Source: Dehalococcoidia bacterium (GTDB lineage Bacteria > Chloroflexota > Dehalococcoidia > Lucifugimonadales > Lucifugimonadaceae). Taken from it: a stretch of DNA of 64,000 bases. The position numbers and the translations under genes are program-made. The stretch is from NCBI GenBank assembly GCA_965243825.1, contig CBDEVT010000002.1, positions 107,226 to 171,225 on the forward strand, given 5' to 3'. The notes beneath the pieces were generated by a model, which saw nothing but the letters and a program-made list of their open reading frames with translations, did not search any database and was not told the DNA's origin. Numbering within the stretch: position 1 is the stretch's first letter; every line of letters starts with the position of its first letter. This document shows, one piece after another, positions 25,883 through 35,473 of this stretch.

Positions 25883-25896
25883 GCGGCATTTGCGAC

Positions 25897-26499
25897 ATGA
25901 AAACCGACCAGAGATGGGAACTACCTGTGAGTGACTCACCTCAGGAGTCCTCAGCGCGGGTCGTTTTCTCAGCCGACGACATTCGGAGGGCTCTGGCTCG
26001 CATCGCTCACGAAATACTCGAGCGAAACGGTGGCACAACCGACATTGTGCTCGTCGGAGTACAGACCCGCGGAGTTCATCTCGCCAATCGACTGGCCGCC
26101 AATATCGAACAGTTCGAAGGCTTCCAACCGGTAGTTGGCTCCCTGGATCCGCGTCTTTACCGCGATGACCCCGAGCAAGCTGCAGAGCATCCCGTGAGGC
26201 CCACGGAGATAGAAGTATCGCTGGATAAACGGCCGGTCGTCCTTGTTGATGACGTGCTTTACACCGGCCGTACAGTAAGAGCCGCACTCAATGCTCTCTC
26301 CGACTTTGGCCGAGCTAGCCGCGTCCAGTTCGCAGCGCTTGTGGACCGAGGTCACAGGGAATTGCCTATCCGGCCGGACTACATAGGCAAGAACATTCCG
26401 ACGGCTCAGGATGAGCGGGTTAAGGTACGCCTCACTGAAGTTGACGGAACTGACCAGGTTGACCTGATCAGACTCTCACCCGTTGGAGCAACATCATGA
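25897..26499 (+). CDS. pyrR: Bifunctional pyrimidine operon regulator / uracil phosphoribosyltransferase
   Basis: PRPP motif '[18 protein letters not shown]', 200 aa, first gene of the pyr operon. Confidence 0.93.
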   Translation: MKTDQRWELPVSDSPQESSARVVFSADDIRRALARIAHEILERNGGTTDIVLVGVQTRGVHLANRLAANIEQFEGFQPVVGSLDPRLYRDDPEQAAEHPVRPTEIEVSLDKRPVVLVDDVLYTGRTVRAALNALSDFGRASRVQFAALVDRGHRELPIRPDYIGKNIPTAQDERVKVRLTEVDGTDQVDLIRLSPVGATS

Positions 26500-27554
26500 T
26501 CACCGGAAGCCAATCGAAAGTGACGGCACCAGACAACGCCGGCTTGCCCGAAAGTGCTGCTCCGATTGACGAGTCTGAAGACGAGGATGCTGGCATGCCG
26601 GTGGCTCCGAAACACATGCTGGATGTAGACAGCATGTCTCCGAGCGAAATAGCTGCGCTGCTCGACAGCACAGACGGGATGCTGGAAGTACTCGGAAGAG
26701 ACGTTAAAAAGACTCCAGCACTACGCGGTAAAACCGTAGTCACCGTGTTTTATGAGAACAGCACCCGCACCAGGATTTCGTTTGAAGAGGCCGGAAAGAT
26801 ACTTGGTGCCGATGTTATTAACGTCTCGGTCTCGTCAAGCAGTGTTAGCAAAGGCGAGTCTCTCTACAACACCGCACTCACGCTCCAGGCGATGCAAGTT
26901 GACGCTCTGGTCATCAGGCACCCTCATTCTGGCGCGCCGCACTTCGTTGCTCGACATGTGAACGCACCAGTTGTAAACGCCGGGGATGGTCTGCATGCTC
27001 ACCCGACACAGACGTTATTGGACCTCTACACACTGCGTGAACGGTTGGGGTCTTTTGAAGGTAAGAAGGTAGCGATCATCGGGGACGTTCTCTACAGCAG
27101 AGTCGCCCGCTCCGACATACACGGTCTGCTGAAAATGGGTGTCGAAGTGACACTCTGTGGTCCGCCAACATTGATGCCTCACGGCTGGTCTCCAAACTCC
27201 TCACCAGCAGAGACCGGCCTAAACAATTTGCGAATCACACGCACAGTCGAAGAGGCCCTTGAGAGTGTTGACGCGGTGATGACTCTGCGAATTCAAAAAG
27301 AGCGGCAGGATGCCGGCCACTTGCCTGATCTGCGCGAGTACTCCAACAGGTACGGCATTAATAGAAAGCGACTGGCTTTGGCGAAACCTGGTGCTCCATT
27401 GCTGCATCCCGGGCCGATGAACGAGGGCGTTGAGATTAGCTCTGATGTGGCTCACGGAGCGCAGTCTGTTGTTGAAGAACAGGTTCGGAACGGTGTCGCG
27501 GTCAGGATGGCAGTGCTCTACTCGGTGTGTGCGAAGACCGGGAACAGGGTTTGA
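26496..27554 (+). CDS. pyrB: Aspartate carbamoyltransferase catalytic subunit
   Basis: '[11 protein letters not shown]' and '[10 protein letters not shown]'. ATGA overlap with the pyrR stop. The first ~33 aa are an acidic extension, and ATG 26595 ('[11 protein letters not shown]') is an alternative start. Confidence 0.92.
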   Translation: MITGSQSKVTAPDNAGLPESAAPIDESEDEDAGMPVAPKHMLDVDSMSPSEIAALLDSTDGMLEVLGRDVKKTPALRGKTVVTVFYENSTRTRISFEEAGKILGADVINVSVSSSSVSKGESLYNTALTLQAMQVDALVIRHPHSGAPHFVARHVNAPVVNAGDGLHAHPTQTLLDLYTLRERLGSFEGKKVAIIGDVLYSRVARSDIHGLLKMGVEVTLCGPPTLMPHGWSPNSSPAETGLNNLRITRTVEEALESVDAVMTLRIQKERQDAGHLPDLREYSNRYGINRKRLALAKPGAPLLHPGPMNEGVEISSDVAHGAQSVVEEQVRNGVAVRMAVLYSVCAKTGNRV

Positions 27555-27571
27555 GGATCAGAGCTTAAGCG

Positions 27572-28924
27572 ATGACAAAGAGCAAGTTATTCATCAAAGG
27601 CGGACGGGTGATAGACCCGGCACAGGAAATCGACAGGGTTGCCGATGTCATCGTTGCAGACGGTTTGATCGCTGAGATCACCGAAAGTGATCTCGACAAT
27701 ACGACCGAAAGATTTGAAGTTATTGACGCGACAGGTCTCGTTGTCACCCCAGGTTTCGTGGACCTTCACACTCACCTTAGGGATCCCGGATACGAGTGGA
27801 AAGAGACGATCGAATCGGGGACCGAGGCGGCGGCGCGAGGCGGATTTACGACTGTCTGTGCCATGCCCAACACAGACCCTTGCCAGGACAACGCCGCAGT
27901 CGTCGAGGATCTGTCGCGGAGGGCCAATCGATCCGCAAATGTCCGGGTTCTTCCAATCGGGGCGATCACCCGAGATCGCAAAGGCAAGATTCTCGCACCC
28001 ATGGGAGAACTGGCAGACGTTGGCGTCATCGGGTTCTCGGATGACGGTGATCCAGTCTCGGATCCGAACATCATGCGACAAGCGTTGAGCTACGCGACCT
28101 CGCTTGATCTGCCAGTGATCAATCACGCAGAAGAGAGATCACTTGTCCGTGATGGAGTAATGAACGAAGGACCGGTAGCCACCAGGCTCGGACTTCCTCC
28201 AGTGCCAGCCAGCGCAGAAGCGGTGATGATCTCACGCGATATCGAACTAGCTGCCTTGACCCATGGTCGGTTGCATGTTCCGCATGTTTCGACTGCGGCT
28301 GGAGTCGAGTTAATCCGTGCCGCAAAGGCACGCGGACTCAATGTGACCGCCGAGGTCACCCCTCATCATTTGACTCTTAGCGAGACGTGGGTTTATGGCC
28401 TGCATGGCGATGTGCCGGATGCAGTGCCGGCTGCTGCCTACGACACGAATACCAAAGTCAACCCGCCGCTGCGATCTGAGGCCGACATTCTGGCGGTGAG
28501 AGAAGGTCTTGCGGACGGGACCATAGACGTAATCGCAACTGATCACGCTCCTCACGCAGCCACCGACAAGGTCTGCACGTACGATGAAGCGGCTCACGGT
28601 ATCAACGTTTTGGAAACTGCCTTCGGCCAGGTCATGCAACTGGTCCGAGACGGTGTTCTTTCTCTCAACGAGTTGATTTCTAGCCTTACGAATCAACCCG
28701 CGTCGATTCTCGGCAGAAAACTCGGTTCACTAACAGAAGGCTATCCAGCCGATATCGTGTTGCTCGATCCGGATGCCGAATGGACTGTTGCCGCAGATGA
28801 TTTCGCCTCCCTGAGCCGCAATACACCACTCGAAGGAGTCAGGTTAAAAGGCCGGGTGGTACAGACAATCTACGCTGGCAAAACCGCTTGGCACGCTCAG
28901 AGATCGGCGGAGACAGCATCATGA
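27572..28924 (+). CDS. pyrC: Dihydroorotase
   Basis: 'GFVDLHTHLRDPG' metal-binding HxH, 450 aa, pyr context. Confidence 0.92.
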   Translation: MTKSKLFIKGGRVIDPAQEIDRVADVIVADGLIAEITESDLDNTTERFEVIDATGLVVTPGFVDLHTHLRDPGYEWKETIESGTEAAARGGFTTVCAMPNTDPCQDNAAVVEDLSRRANRSANVRVLPIGAITRDRKGKILAPMGELADVGVIGFSDDGDPVSDPNIMRQALSYATSLDLPVINHAEERSLVRDGVMNEGPVATRLGLPPVPASAEAVMISRDIELAALTHGRLHVPHVSTAAGVELIRAAKARGLNVTAEVTPHHLTLSETWVYGLHGDVPDAVPAAAYDTNTKVNPPLRSEADILAVREGLADGTIDVIATDHAPHAATDKVCTYDEAAHGINVLETAFGQVMQLVRDGVLSLNELISSLTNQPASILGRKLGSLTEGYPADIVLLDPDAEWTVAADDFASLSRNTPLEGVRLKGRVVQTIYAGKTAWHAQRSAETAS

Positions 28925-28975
28925 AATTTCTGGCAGCCATTTCAGCATCAACACCAACAGGGAGAACTTCCGCCA

Positions 28976-30268
28976 GTGACTGACAGTCGTGGGCCGGCGA
29001 GATTAGTACTTGAAGACGGGTCTTCGTATGAAGGCATTCGGCTTGGGGCCGAAGGTGAGATCACCGGCGAAGTTGTGTTCAACACTTCAATGACCGGCTA
29101 CCAGGAGATGCTGACCGACCCTTCATACGGCGGTCAGATTCTTATTCCGACTTATCCTCTGATAGGCAACTACGGAGTCAATGATGCTGATGTCGAATCC
29201 CGCCGCATCCAGGTGCGTGGCTTCGTGGTACGCGAGGACTGTGAACAGCCAAGTCACATGTTGTCAGAAGGTACCGTGCATGAGTACCTGGCTGAGAACG
29301 GCATCGTTGGAGTTTCCGGGGTTGATACTCGGGCCATCACGCGGAAACTGAGGCAGAGTGGCGTCATGATGGGCATCGTCACCTCGCGCTCAGTTGATGA
29401 TGCTCTGAAGCAGCTGGAAAAAGCGCCGAGATATGGTGAGTTTGATGTTGTTCACGATGTCAGCACACGTGAGACGTATCACTGGGAAGGAGACGCGGGC
29501 GAGCGATCACGTGCCTTCAGTGACTTGCAGGGTCGGGCATGGACGTCGAGAGAGCACTGGACAGAAGGCGAACGCGGTCTGGCCGAGCTTCCCGACTCGT
29601 TCGCATCGTCGGTTGATAACACGAATGCAAATGCATCGAACGCTGACTCAAGTTCTGGCACAGACAGAAAACTCAGGATAGTAGTCAATGACTACGGCGT
29701 GAAGCTGAACATTCTGCGGTCACTACGAGCTCGTGGCTGTGAAGTAACGGTGGTCAGTGATGACGCAAGTGCGCAAGAGATGCTGGATCTTGAACCAGAC
29801 GGGGTTCTGCTTTCGCCCGGCCCAGGCGATCCAATTTTCCTCTCTGCCGCGGTTGAATCCGCAAAAAAACTTATTGGAACCGTTCCGTTGATGGGCATCT
29901 GTCTCGGCCATCAGGTTGTCGCCAGGGCGCTCGGGGCTGGGACATTCAAGCTTCATTTCGGGCACCGCGGAGGCAACCAGCCGGTCAAGGATCTCGACAC
30001 TGGTCGGGTGTATATCACCGCGCAGAACCATGGCTACGCGGTTGATGCCGAGAATCTACCGGACGAGCTCGCAGTGAGCCACATCAACCTGAACGACAAC
30101 ACTGTGGAGGGTCTTCGGCACAGGGATTTGCCGGTCATGACGATCCAGTACCACTCCGAAGCCTCACCCGGACCGCACGATAGTGAATACCTGTTCGACA
30201 GATTCGTCGACATGGTGCGAGCGAACTCATCTCGATTTGCGGCCACGGCACACCAAGCCATGGACTGA
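28976..30268 (+). CDS. carA: Carbamoyl-phosphate synthase small (glutaminase) subunit, with ~55-aa low-complexity insertion
   Basis: 'MGICLGHQ' nucleophile elbow, 'QYHSEASPGPHD'. 430 aa, versus about 360-380 remembered as typical. GTG start. Confidence 0.92.
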   Translation: MTDSRGPARLVLEDGSSYEGIRLGAEGEITGEVVFNTSMTGYQEMLTDPSYGGQILIPTYPLIGNYGVNDADVESRRIQVRGFVVREDCEQPSHMLSEGTVHEYLAENGIVGVSGVDTRAITRKLRQSGVMMGIVTSRSVDDALKQLEKAPRYGEFDVVHDVSTRETYHWEGDAGERSRAFSDLQGRAWTSREHWTEGERGLAELPDSFASSVDNTNANASNADSSSGTDRKLRIVVNDYGVKLNILRSLRARGCEVTVVSDDASAQEMLDLEPDGVLLSPGPGDPIFLSAAVESAKKLIGTVPLMGICLGHQVVARALGAGTFKLHFGHRGGNQPVKDLDTGRVYITAQNHGYAVDAENLPDELAVSHINLNDNTVEGLRHRDLPVMTIQYHSEASPGPHDSEYLFDRFVDMVRANSSRFAATAHQAMD

Positions 30269-30331
30269 TCTCCTGTCCGGTTGACAAACGAACCAAGCCG
30301 CCAACATTCAGTTCTGACTTAGAAACGGTCA

Positions 30332-33300
30332 ATGACAAATTCCAGTAGTTTGAAAAAAGTCCTTGTCATAGGTTCCGGTCCAATCATCATCGGACAGGCC
30401 GCTGAGTTCGATTACGCCGGCACCCAGGCCTGCAAGTCCCTTCGTGAAGAGGGCGTCGAAGTCGTGCTGGTCAACTCCAACCCGGCGACAATCATGACTG
30501 ATGAGGATGTGGCCGACCGTATCTACATCGAGCCACTGACGGTCCCTGTTGTTGAACGGATCATCCAGCGGGAGAAGCCTGACGGGATCCTCGGCACGCT
30601 GGGTGGTCAGACAGGTCTCAACCTGGCGGTGGAACTCGATAAGGCCGGAATTCTCGAGAAGTACAACGTAAAGGTTCTTGGCACGCCTATCGCCAGTATC
30701 GAACAGGCGGAAGACCGTGACCTTTTTCGGGAGCTGATGTCAGATCTCGGTGAGCCTGTCCCGCCATCTGAGGCGGTTGGCACTGTCGAAGGTGCTCTGA
30801 AAGCGGCGGATCAGATCGGATATCCAGTCGTGGTAAGGCCGGCCTACACGCTTGGTGGAACGGGTGGTGGAGTTGCTAGTGATGAAGCCGAGCTACGCCG
30901 GATCGCACAATCGGGTATCAGCGCGTCTCGTGTCGGCCAGGTGCTGATCGAAAAGTCTTTGCTCGGATGGAAAGAGGTCGAGTATGAAGTGATGCGTGAT
31001 GGCGCAGGGAATGTCATCACCATCTGCAACATGGAAAACCTGGACCCGATGGGCGTACATACCGGTGATTCGATTGTCGTCGCCCCGAGCCAGACGCTAA
31101 GCGACAAAGACTACCAGCGACTGAGAACTGCATCGCTCAACATCATTACCGGACTAGGAATCCAGGGTGGTTGCAACGTTCAGCTCGCGTACCGGCCCGG
31201 GCGCGAAGTAACAGAGACTCTTCCGCCGATCGACGACGACGGCCCAATGTACTACGTTATCGAGGTCAATCCGCGTGTCAGCCGTTCATCGGCCCTTGCT
31301 TCGAAAGCGACCGGATACCCAATCGCACGCGTTGCCGCCAAGATCGCCCTGGGCAAGACGTTGGACGAGATACCGAACGCTGTTACCCAGAAAACAACGG
31401 CCGCATTTGAGCCTGCTCTGGACTATTGCGTGGTAAAGATTCCCCGCTGGCCTTTCGATAAGTTCCCGACCGGAGATCGGTCCCTCGGCACTCAGATGAA
31501 GGCAACCGGGGAAGTGATGGCGATCGATCGGGGCTTTGAGGCTGCATTGCAAAAGGCAGTTCGCTCGCTTGAGAACGGTCGGGGCTCCCTAAGGTGGGAG
31601 GATTCTTCCTGGGGTGACGAGGGTCCGCCTGACCTTGATGCGGATGACGACCGAATCTGGAAACTGATGGCCGCAATACGCCGAGGAAAATCGGCAGAAG
31701 ATGTGTCCAGAATTACCGGCGTTGACCCGTGGTTTACCAGGGCGCTGGAACGCCTTGTGGTAATGGAAAGGACTCTCCTTAACGAAGACCTGACTCCGGC
31801 ACTCATGCGCCGAGCGAAGCGACTCGGCTTCCCTGACGTACTCATAGCGACCCTGGCTGACAGGCTACCCGAACAGGTGAGAGAGCTCCGTCACGAGTGG
31901 GGCATCACTCCGGTTTTCAAGATGGTGGATACGTGTGCCGGAGAGTTTGAGGCGGTCACTCCATACTTCTACTCGACATATGAACAAGAAAACGAGGCGA
32001 TTCCTGAGAGTGGTGAGTCTGCGATCGTTCTTGGAAGTGGCCCTATCAGGATTGGACAGGGCATCGAGTTTGACTACTGCTCGGTACATGCTGCCTGGGC
32101 GCTGCAGGCTGCCGGCGCGAAAGCGGTAATGATCAACTCCAATCCCGAAACCGTCTCTACAGATTTTGACACCTCAGACAGACTCTACTTCGAGCCGCTG
32201 GACGAAGAAAGCGTTCGGGACATCATCGAAAACGAGGGTGGAGTAGACGTGTCGGAGAGCATCGATTTCTCAAGCCTGCCTGCATCCATGGTCCAGTTCG
32301 GCGGACAGACCGCAATCAACCTGTCTCAGGCGCTGGGTGTGGCAGGCATGCCCGTGCTAGGTTCAGAGCCTTCAGTCATCGACGCAGCCACCGATCGTGG
32401 CCGTTTCGAGGAAATAGCCGCCCGCCACGGCCTGCCTCAGCCCCCTGGTGGCGTAGCACGTAATGCTGAGCAGGCGTTGCAGGTCGCCTCGAACATCGGC
32501 TACCCGGTGTTGGTAAGGCCGTCATACGTGCTTGGTGGTCGTGCGATGGAGATCGTGCAGAATTCATCGGAGCTGGTGCGCTTCTTCGAAACGGCGTTAG
32601 AAGCGTCTCCGAACCAGACCGTTCTCATAGACCGGTATCTTGAGGGTGTTGAGGTAGAAGTGGATGCCGTCTGCGACGGTGAAGACGTGCTGATCCCCGG
32701 AATCATGCAGCACATTGAGCGGGCGGGAGTTCACTCTGGTGACTCAATGGCGGTCTACCCGGCGCAGTCATTGACCGAAGCTGAGGTCGAAACCGTCGTC
32801 GATTACACGCGACGGATTGGGCAGGCGCTTGGCGTTAAAGGTCTTATGAACATCCAGTTCGTCATAACCGGTGGCGGTGCTTATCGTGGCTTTGATGGAC
32901 GATCCAAGTGGGCATCAAACGGTTCGGAGCCAACGCCTGAGGTCTTCATCATTGAGGTCAATCCAAGGTCATCGCGCACGATTCCGTTCATATCGAAAGT
33001 TACGCGAGTTCCGATGGTCAGGCTCGCCGTTGACGTGATGAGAGGGAAATCACTTGAACAAGCCGCCGGTGATCTCGGTCTCAAACCGGGGCTTGCATCG
33101 AAGAAGGATCTGATTGCCGTCAAAGCACCGGTCTTCTCCATGTCCAAGCTTGCAGGTGTGGACACATTCCTGGGTCCCGAAATGAAGTCTACGGGCGAGG
33201 TGATGGGAATTGACGAAGATTTCAACAGCGCGGTAGCCAAGGCACTGATTGCATCCAGTCTTGAGCTCAAGCCTTCGAGCAAGATATTGCTCAGCGTTGC

Positions 33301-33676
33301 CGATCAGGACAAGGCTGATGCACCTGGACTGGTCAGGGAACTTTCCGAGGCTGGGTTCGAAATCTATGCAACGTCCGGGACCGCCGCGATGATTCGAGCG
33401 CTCGGGCTCCCTGTCACCGAGGTAGAAAAACGACTCGCTGGCGATGGCACTACGGTCGTTGACATCATCGAAGATGGAACGGTTTCTGCAGTGGTGAACA
33501 CGGTCACTGGTGACCGCCGCACGCTGCAGGATGGATTCCATATCCGCCGTGCAGCGGCCGAGCGCCGGATTCCCTGTTTCACCTCGCTTGATACAGCGCG
33601 TTGTGCTGTCGAAGCGTTACAGGGCGAAAACCTGCAGTACAACATCAAGACACTGGCCGAGTACCTGGAAGCCTGA
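30332..33676 (+). CDS. carB: Carbamoyl-phosphate synthase large subunit
   Basis: 1114 aa. Duplicated ATP-grasp halves ('VLVIGSGPIIIGQAAEFDYAGTQ' / 'AIVLGSGPIRIGQGIEFDYCSV') and a C-terminal MGS-like domain. Confidence 0.97.
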   Translation: MTNSSSLKKVLVIGSGPIIIGQAAEFDYAGTQACKSLREEGVEVVLVNSNPATIMTDEDVADRIYIEPLTVPVVERIIQREKPDGILGTLGGQTGLNLAVELDKAGILEKYNVKVLGTPIASIEQAEDRDLFRELMSDLGEPVPPSEAVGTVEGALKAADQIGYPVVVRPAYTLGGTGGGVASDEAELRRIAQSGISASRVGQVLIEKSLLGWKEVEYEVMRDGAGNVITICNMENLDPMGVHTGDSIVVAPSQTLSDKDYQRLRTASLNIITGLGIQGGCNVQLAYRPGREVTETLPPIDDDGPMYYVIEVNPRVSRSSALASKATGYPIARVAAKIALGKTLDEIPNAVTQKTTAAFEPALDYCVVKIPRWPFDKFPTGDRSLGTQMKATGEVMAIDRGFEAALQKAVRSLENGRGSLRWEDSSWGDEGPPDLDADDDRIWKLMAAIRRGKSAEDVSRITGVDPWFTRALERLVVMERTLLNEDLTPALMRRAKRLGFPDVLIATLADRLPEQVRELRHEWGITPVFKMVDTCAGEFEAVTPYFYSTYEQENEAIPESGESAIVLGSGPIRIGQGIEFDYCSVHAAWALQAAGAKAVMINSNPETVSTDFDTSDRLYFEPLDEESVRDIIENEGGVDVSESIDFSSLPASMVQFGGQTAINLSQALGVAGMPVLGSEPSVIDAATDRGRFEEIAARHGLPQPPGGVARNAEQALQVASNIGYPVLVRPSYVLGGRAMEIVQNSSELVRFFETALEASPNQTVLIDRYLEGVEVEVDAVCDGEDVLIPGIMQHIERAGVHSGDSMAVYPAQSLTEAEVETVVDYTRRIGQALGVKGLMNIQFVITGGGAYRGFDGRSKWASNGSEPTPEVFIIEVNPRSSRTIPFISKVTRVPMVRLAVDVMRGKSLEQAAGDLGLKPGLASKKDLIAVKAPVFSMSKLAGVDTFLGPEMKSTGEVMGIDEDFNSAVAKALIASSLELKPSSKILLSVADQDKADAPGLVRELSEAGFEIYATSGTAAMIRALGLPVTEVEKRLAGDGTTVVDIIEDGTVSAVVNTVTGDRRTLQDGFHIRRAAAERRIPCFTSLDTARCAVEALQGENLQYNIKTLAEYLEA

Positions 33677-33698
33677 TGGTGACGATCCTAAGCGGCCA

Positions 33699-34466
33699 TT
33701 AGGCTGGTTTCTGCATTACCAGCAAATCTCTGTGCTCATTGGTGACTATCCCGCTCGGTGTACCCAATCGATCTAGAATATCGAGAACGGTGTTGCCGTC
33801 TCTTTCAATATCAATGCCTTGAGCAAAGCCTGTTTTCCGCAGCCAGAACAGTAATGATGCAGGGTCGCCAAGTACGAACGGTACATCGTATTCATCGCGC
33901 CGCAGCAGTCGAAAGCCGGCAGCACCAAGTGCTATCTCCGTACCAGGTAGGGCTACCTCGTCTGGTACCTGCTGCAAAGCCCCCCGGGATTCCTCGAAAG
34001 CAGCACGTACTGCGCGCGCATCTTGATTGCCAACCTGCTGAGTGACGAAGATTCCGCCCGGAGCAAGTACGCGGTTTATCTCTTCTGGAAACAGAGGAGA
34101 GTGTCGATTCAGCACGATGTGGATCACACCGTCTGGTACCGGAACCGCGTGTGCAGAGGCACGAGTGAAGTGCACTCGCATACGGAGTTTCATTGGCAAG
34201 GAAAGCCTTGCATAGGCGATACGGGTCTTGGAGACGTCGACACCGATCCCGCGCTTGAGATTAGCCGCCAGTTCCGCGAGCAGTCTTCCATTGCCGCAAC
34301 CCATGTCCAACACTGATTCCTTGCCAGTGAGATGCTCCTCCGCCACGGCAGCAAGGTCCCACGCAATCGAAGCTCGCCGAGTTTTGTACTGAAGCAGGTC
34401 CCAGCCTCGCCATCCAGCGGTGGCCGCCGCAAGCTTCTTTATGTCGTCAATCGAATGGGGTGTCAT
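33699..34466 (-). CDS. Class I SAM-dependent methyltransferase
   Basis: Motif I 'VLDMGCGNGRL', 255 aa. Confidence 0.8.
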   Translation of the reverse strand: MTPHSIDDIKKLAAATAGWRGWDLLQYKTRRASIAWDLAAVAEEHLTGKESVLDMGCGNGRLLAELAANLKRGIGVDVSKTRIAYARLSLPMKLRMRVHFTRASAHAVPVPDGVIHIVLNRHSPLFPEEINRVLAPGGIFVTQQVGNQDARAVRAAFEESRGALQQVPDEVALPGTEIALGAAGFRLLRRDEYDVPFVLGDPASLLFWLRKTGFAQGIDIERDGNTVLDILDRLGTPSGIVTNEHRDLLVMQKPA

Positions 34467-34535
34467 GCCACTTCGTTCTGTTGCCGTAGAATCCAGCCAC
34501 GATTCTCACATGTCGAGTTACGAACAGGAGTGCAG

Positions 34536-35348
34536 ATGTCTCATCCCTTGTTCAGCCTGGAAGGCAAAGTCGCTCTCGTGTCCGGTGCTGCGAGCGGCAT
34601 GGGCAAGCAGATGGCGATCGGCTTTGCGGAAGCCGGCGCTGACGTGATGCTCGTTGACATTAATCACGAAGGGGCCCAGGCCACCGCCGATCAGATCGTT
34701 TCTCTTGGTCGCACATCACTAGCAGTGGAGTGCGATGTTTCGGATGTTCAGCAGATCCGGCGCGTTTTCGAATTGATCGACGGAGAGTTTGGGCGTATTG
34801 ACGTGCTAGGAAACGTTGCTGGTGAAGGTGCTATGGGTGAGCCGGAAGAGATGCCTGTTGAACAGGTTCAGCAGGTCTTCCAGAACCTGGTGTTCGGTCG
34901 ATTCACGATGTGCCAGGAAGGCGGCCGCCGTATGTTGCGGCAGGGCAGCGGCAGCATCATCAATTTTGGATCGATCGGAGGATGGAATTCACTGGGACGT
35001 GGGCATATGCCTTACGGAATGTCCATGGCAGCGGTGATCCAGATGACCCGCGAACTCAGTACACAGTGGGCTGCGCGAGGTGTGAGAGTCAACTGCATTC
35101 TGCCCGCCCAGGTCTGGAACGATGGTCTCAGGGCGCGAGTTGAGGCGACTCCGGAGGTACTGGACACGTTCATCGGAGGGATCCCGATGAACAGACTAGG
35201 CGAACCGGAAGAGATCAAAGGTCCCGCAATATTCCTGGCTTCGGATGCATCCTCGTTCGTGACCGGTATGGCGTTGCCGATGGACGGCGGAAACCTGGCT
35301 ATGAACGCCGGTGGTACATACCCGGGAAGCCCCAGGGCCAGCGGCTAG
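34536..35348 (+). CDS. Short-chain dehydrogenase/reductase (SDR) family protein, atypical catalytic motif
   Basis: 'KVALVSGAASGMGK' (TGxxxGxG). ATG 34536 is preceded by AGGAG (34526-34530). The track start at 34332 overlaps the divergent methyltransferase and is rejected. The active-site region reads 'YGMSMAAV' (YxxxM) instead of YxxxK. Confidence 0.85.
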   Translation: MSHPLFSLEGKVALVSGAASGMGKQMAIGFAEAGADVMLVDINHEGAQATADQIVSLGRTSLAVECDVSDVQQIRRVFELIDGEFGRIDVLGNVAGEGAMGEPEEMPVEQVQQVFQNLVFGRFTMCQEGGRRMLRQGSGSIINFGSIGGWNSLGRGHMPYGMSMAAVIQMTRELSTQWAARGVRVNCILPAQVWNDGLRARVEATPEVLDTFIGGIPMNRLGEPEEIKGPAIFLASDASSFVTGMALPMDGGNLAMNAGGTYPGSPRASG

Positions 35349-35365
35349 CGACCCGTGAAAACCTG

Positions 35366-35451
35366 GGCCGGGCAGTGAGGTTCGAGGGCATGAACCACCT
35401 GCCCGGCCACATATCCAGTGCCCCCAGGAGGTCTACGGTCTCCTCGGGGCG
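35366..35451. terminator. Two strong hairpins between convergent genes
   Basis: GGCCGGGCAG(T)G(A)GGTTC...GAACC(A)CCTGCCCGGCC (35366-35408) and CCCCAGGAGG...CTCCTCGGGG (about 35423-35451). Confidence 0.45.
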
Positions 35452-35473
35452 ATGATTAACTCAGGATCTACGA

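Noticed and set aside
34332-34535. 68-codon extension of the SDR ORF
   Set aside because: It overlaps the divergent methyltransferase gene. ATG 34536 has a perfect AGGAG RBS, and the SDR fold starts there.
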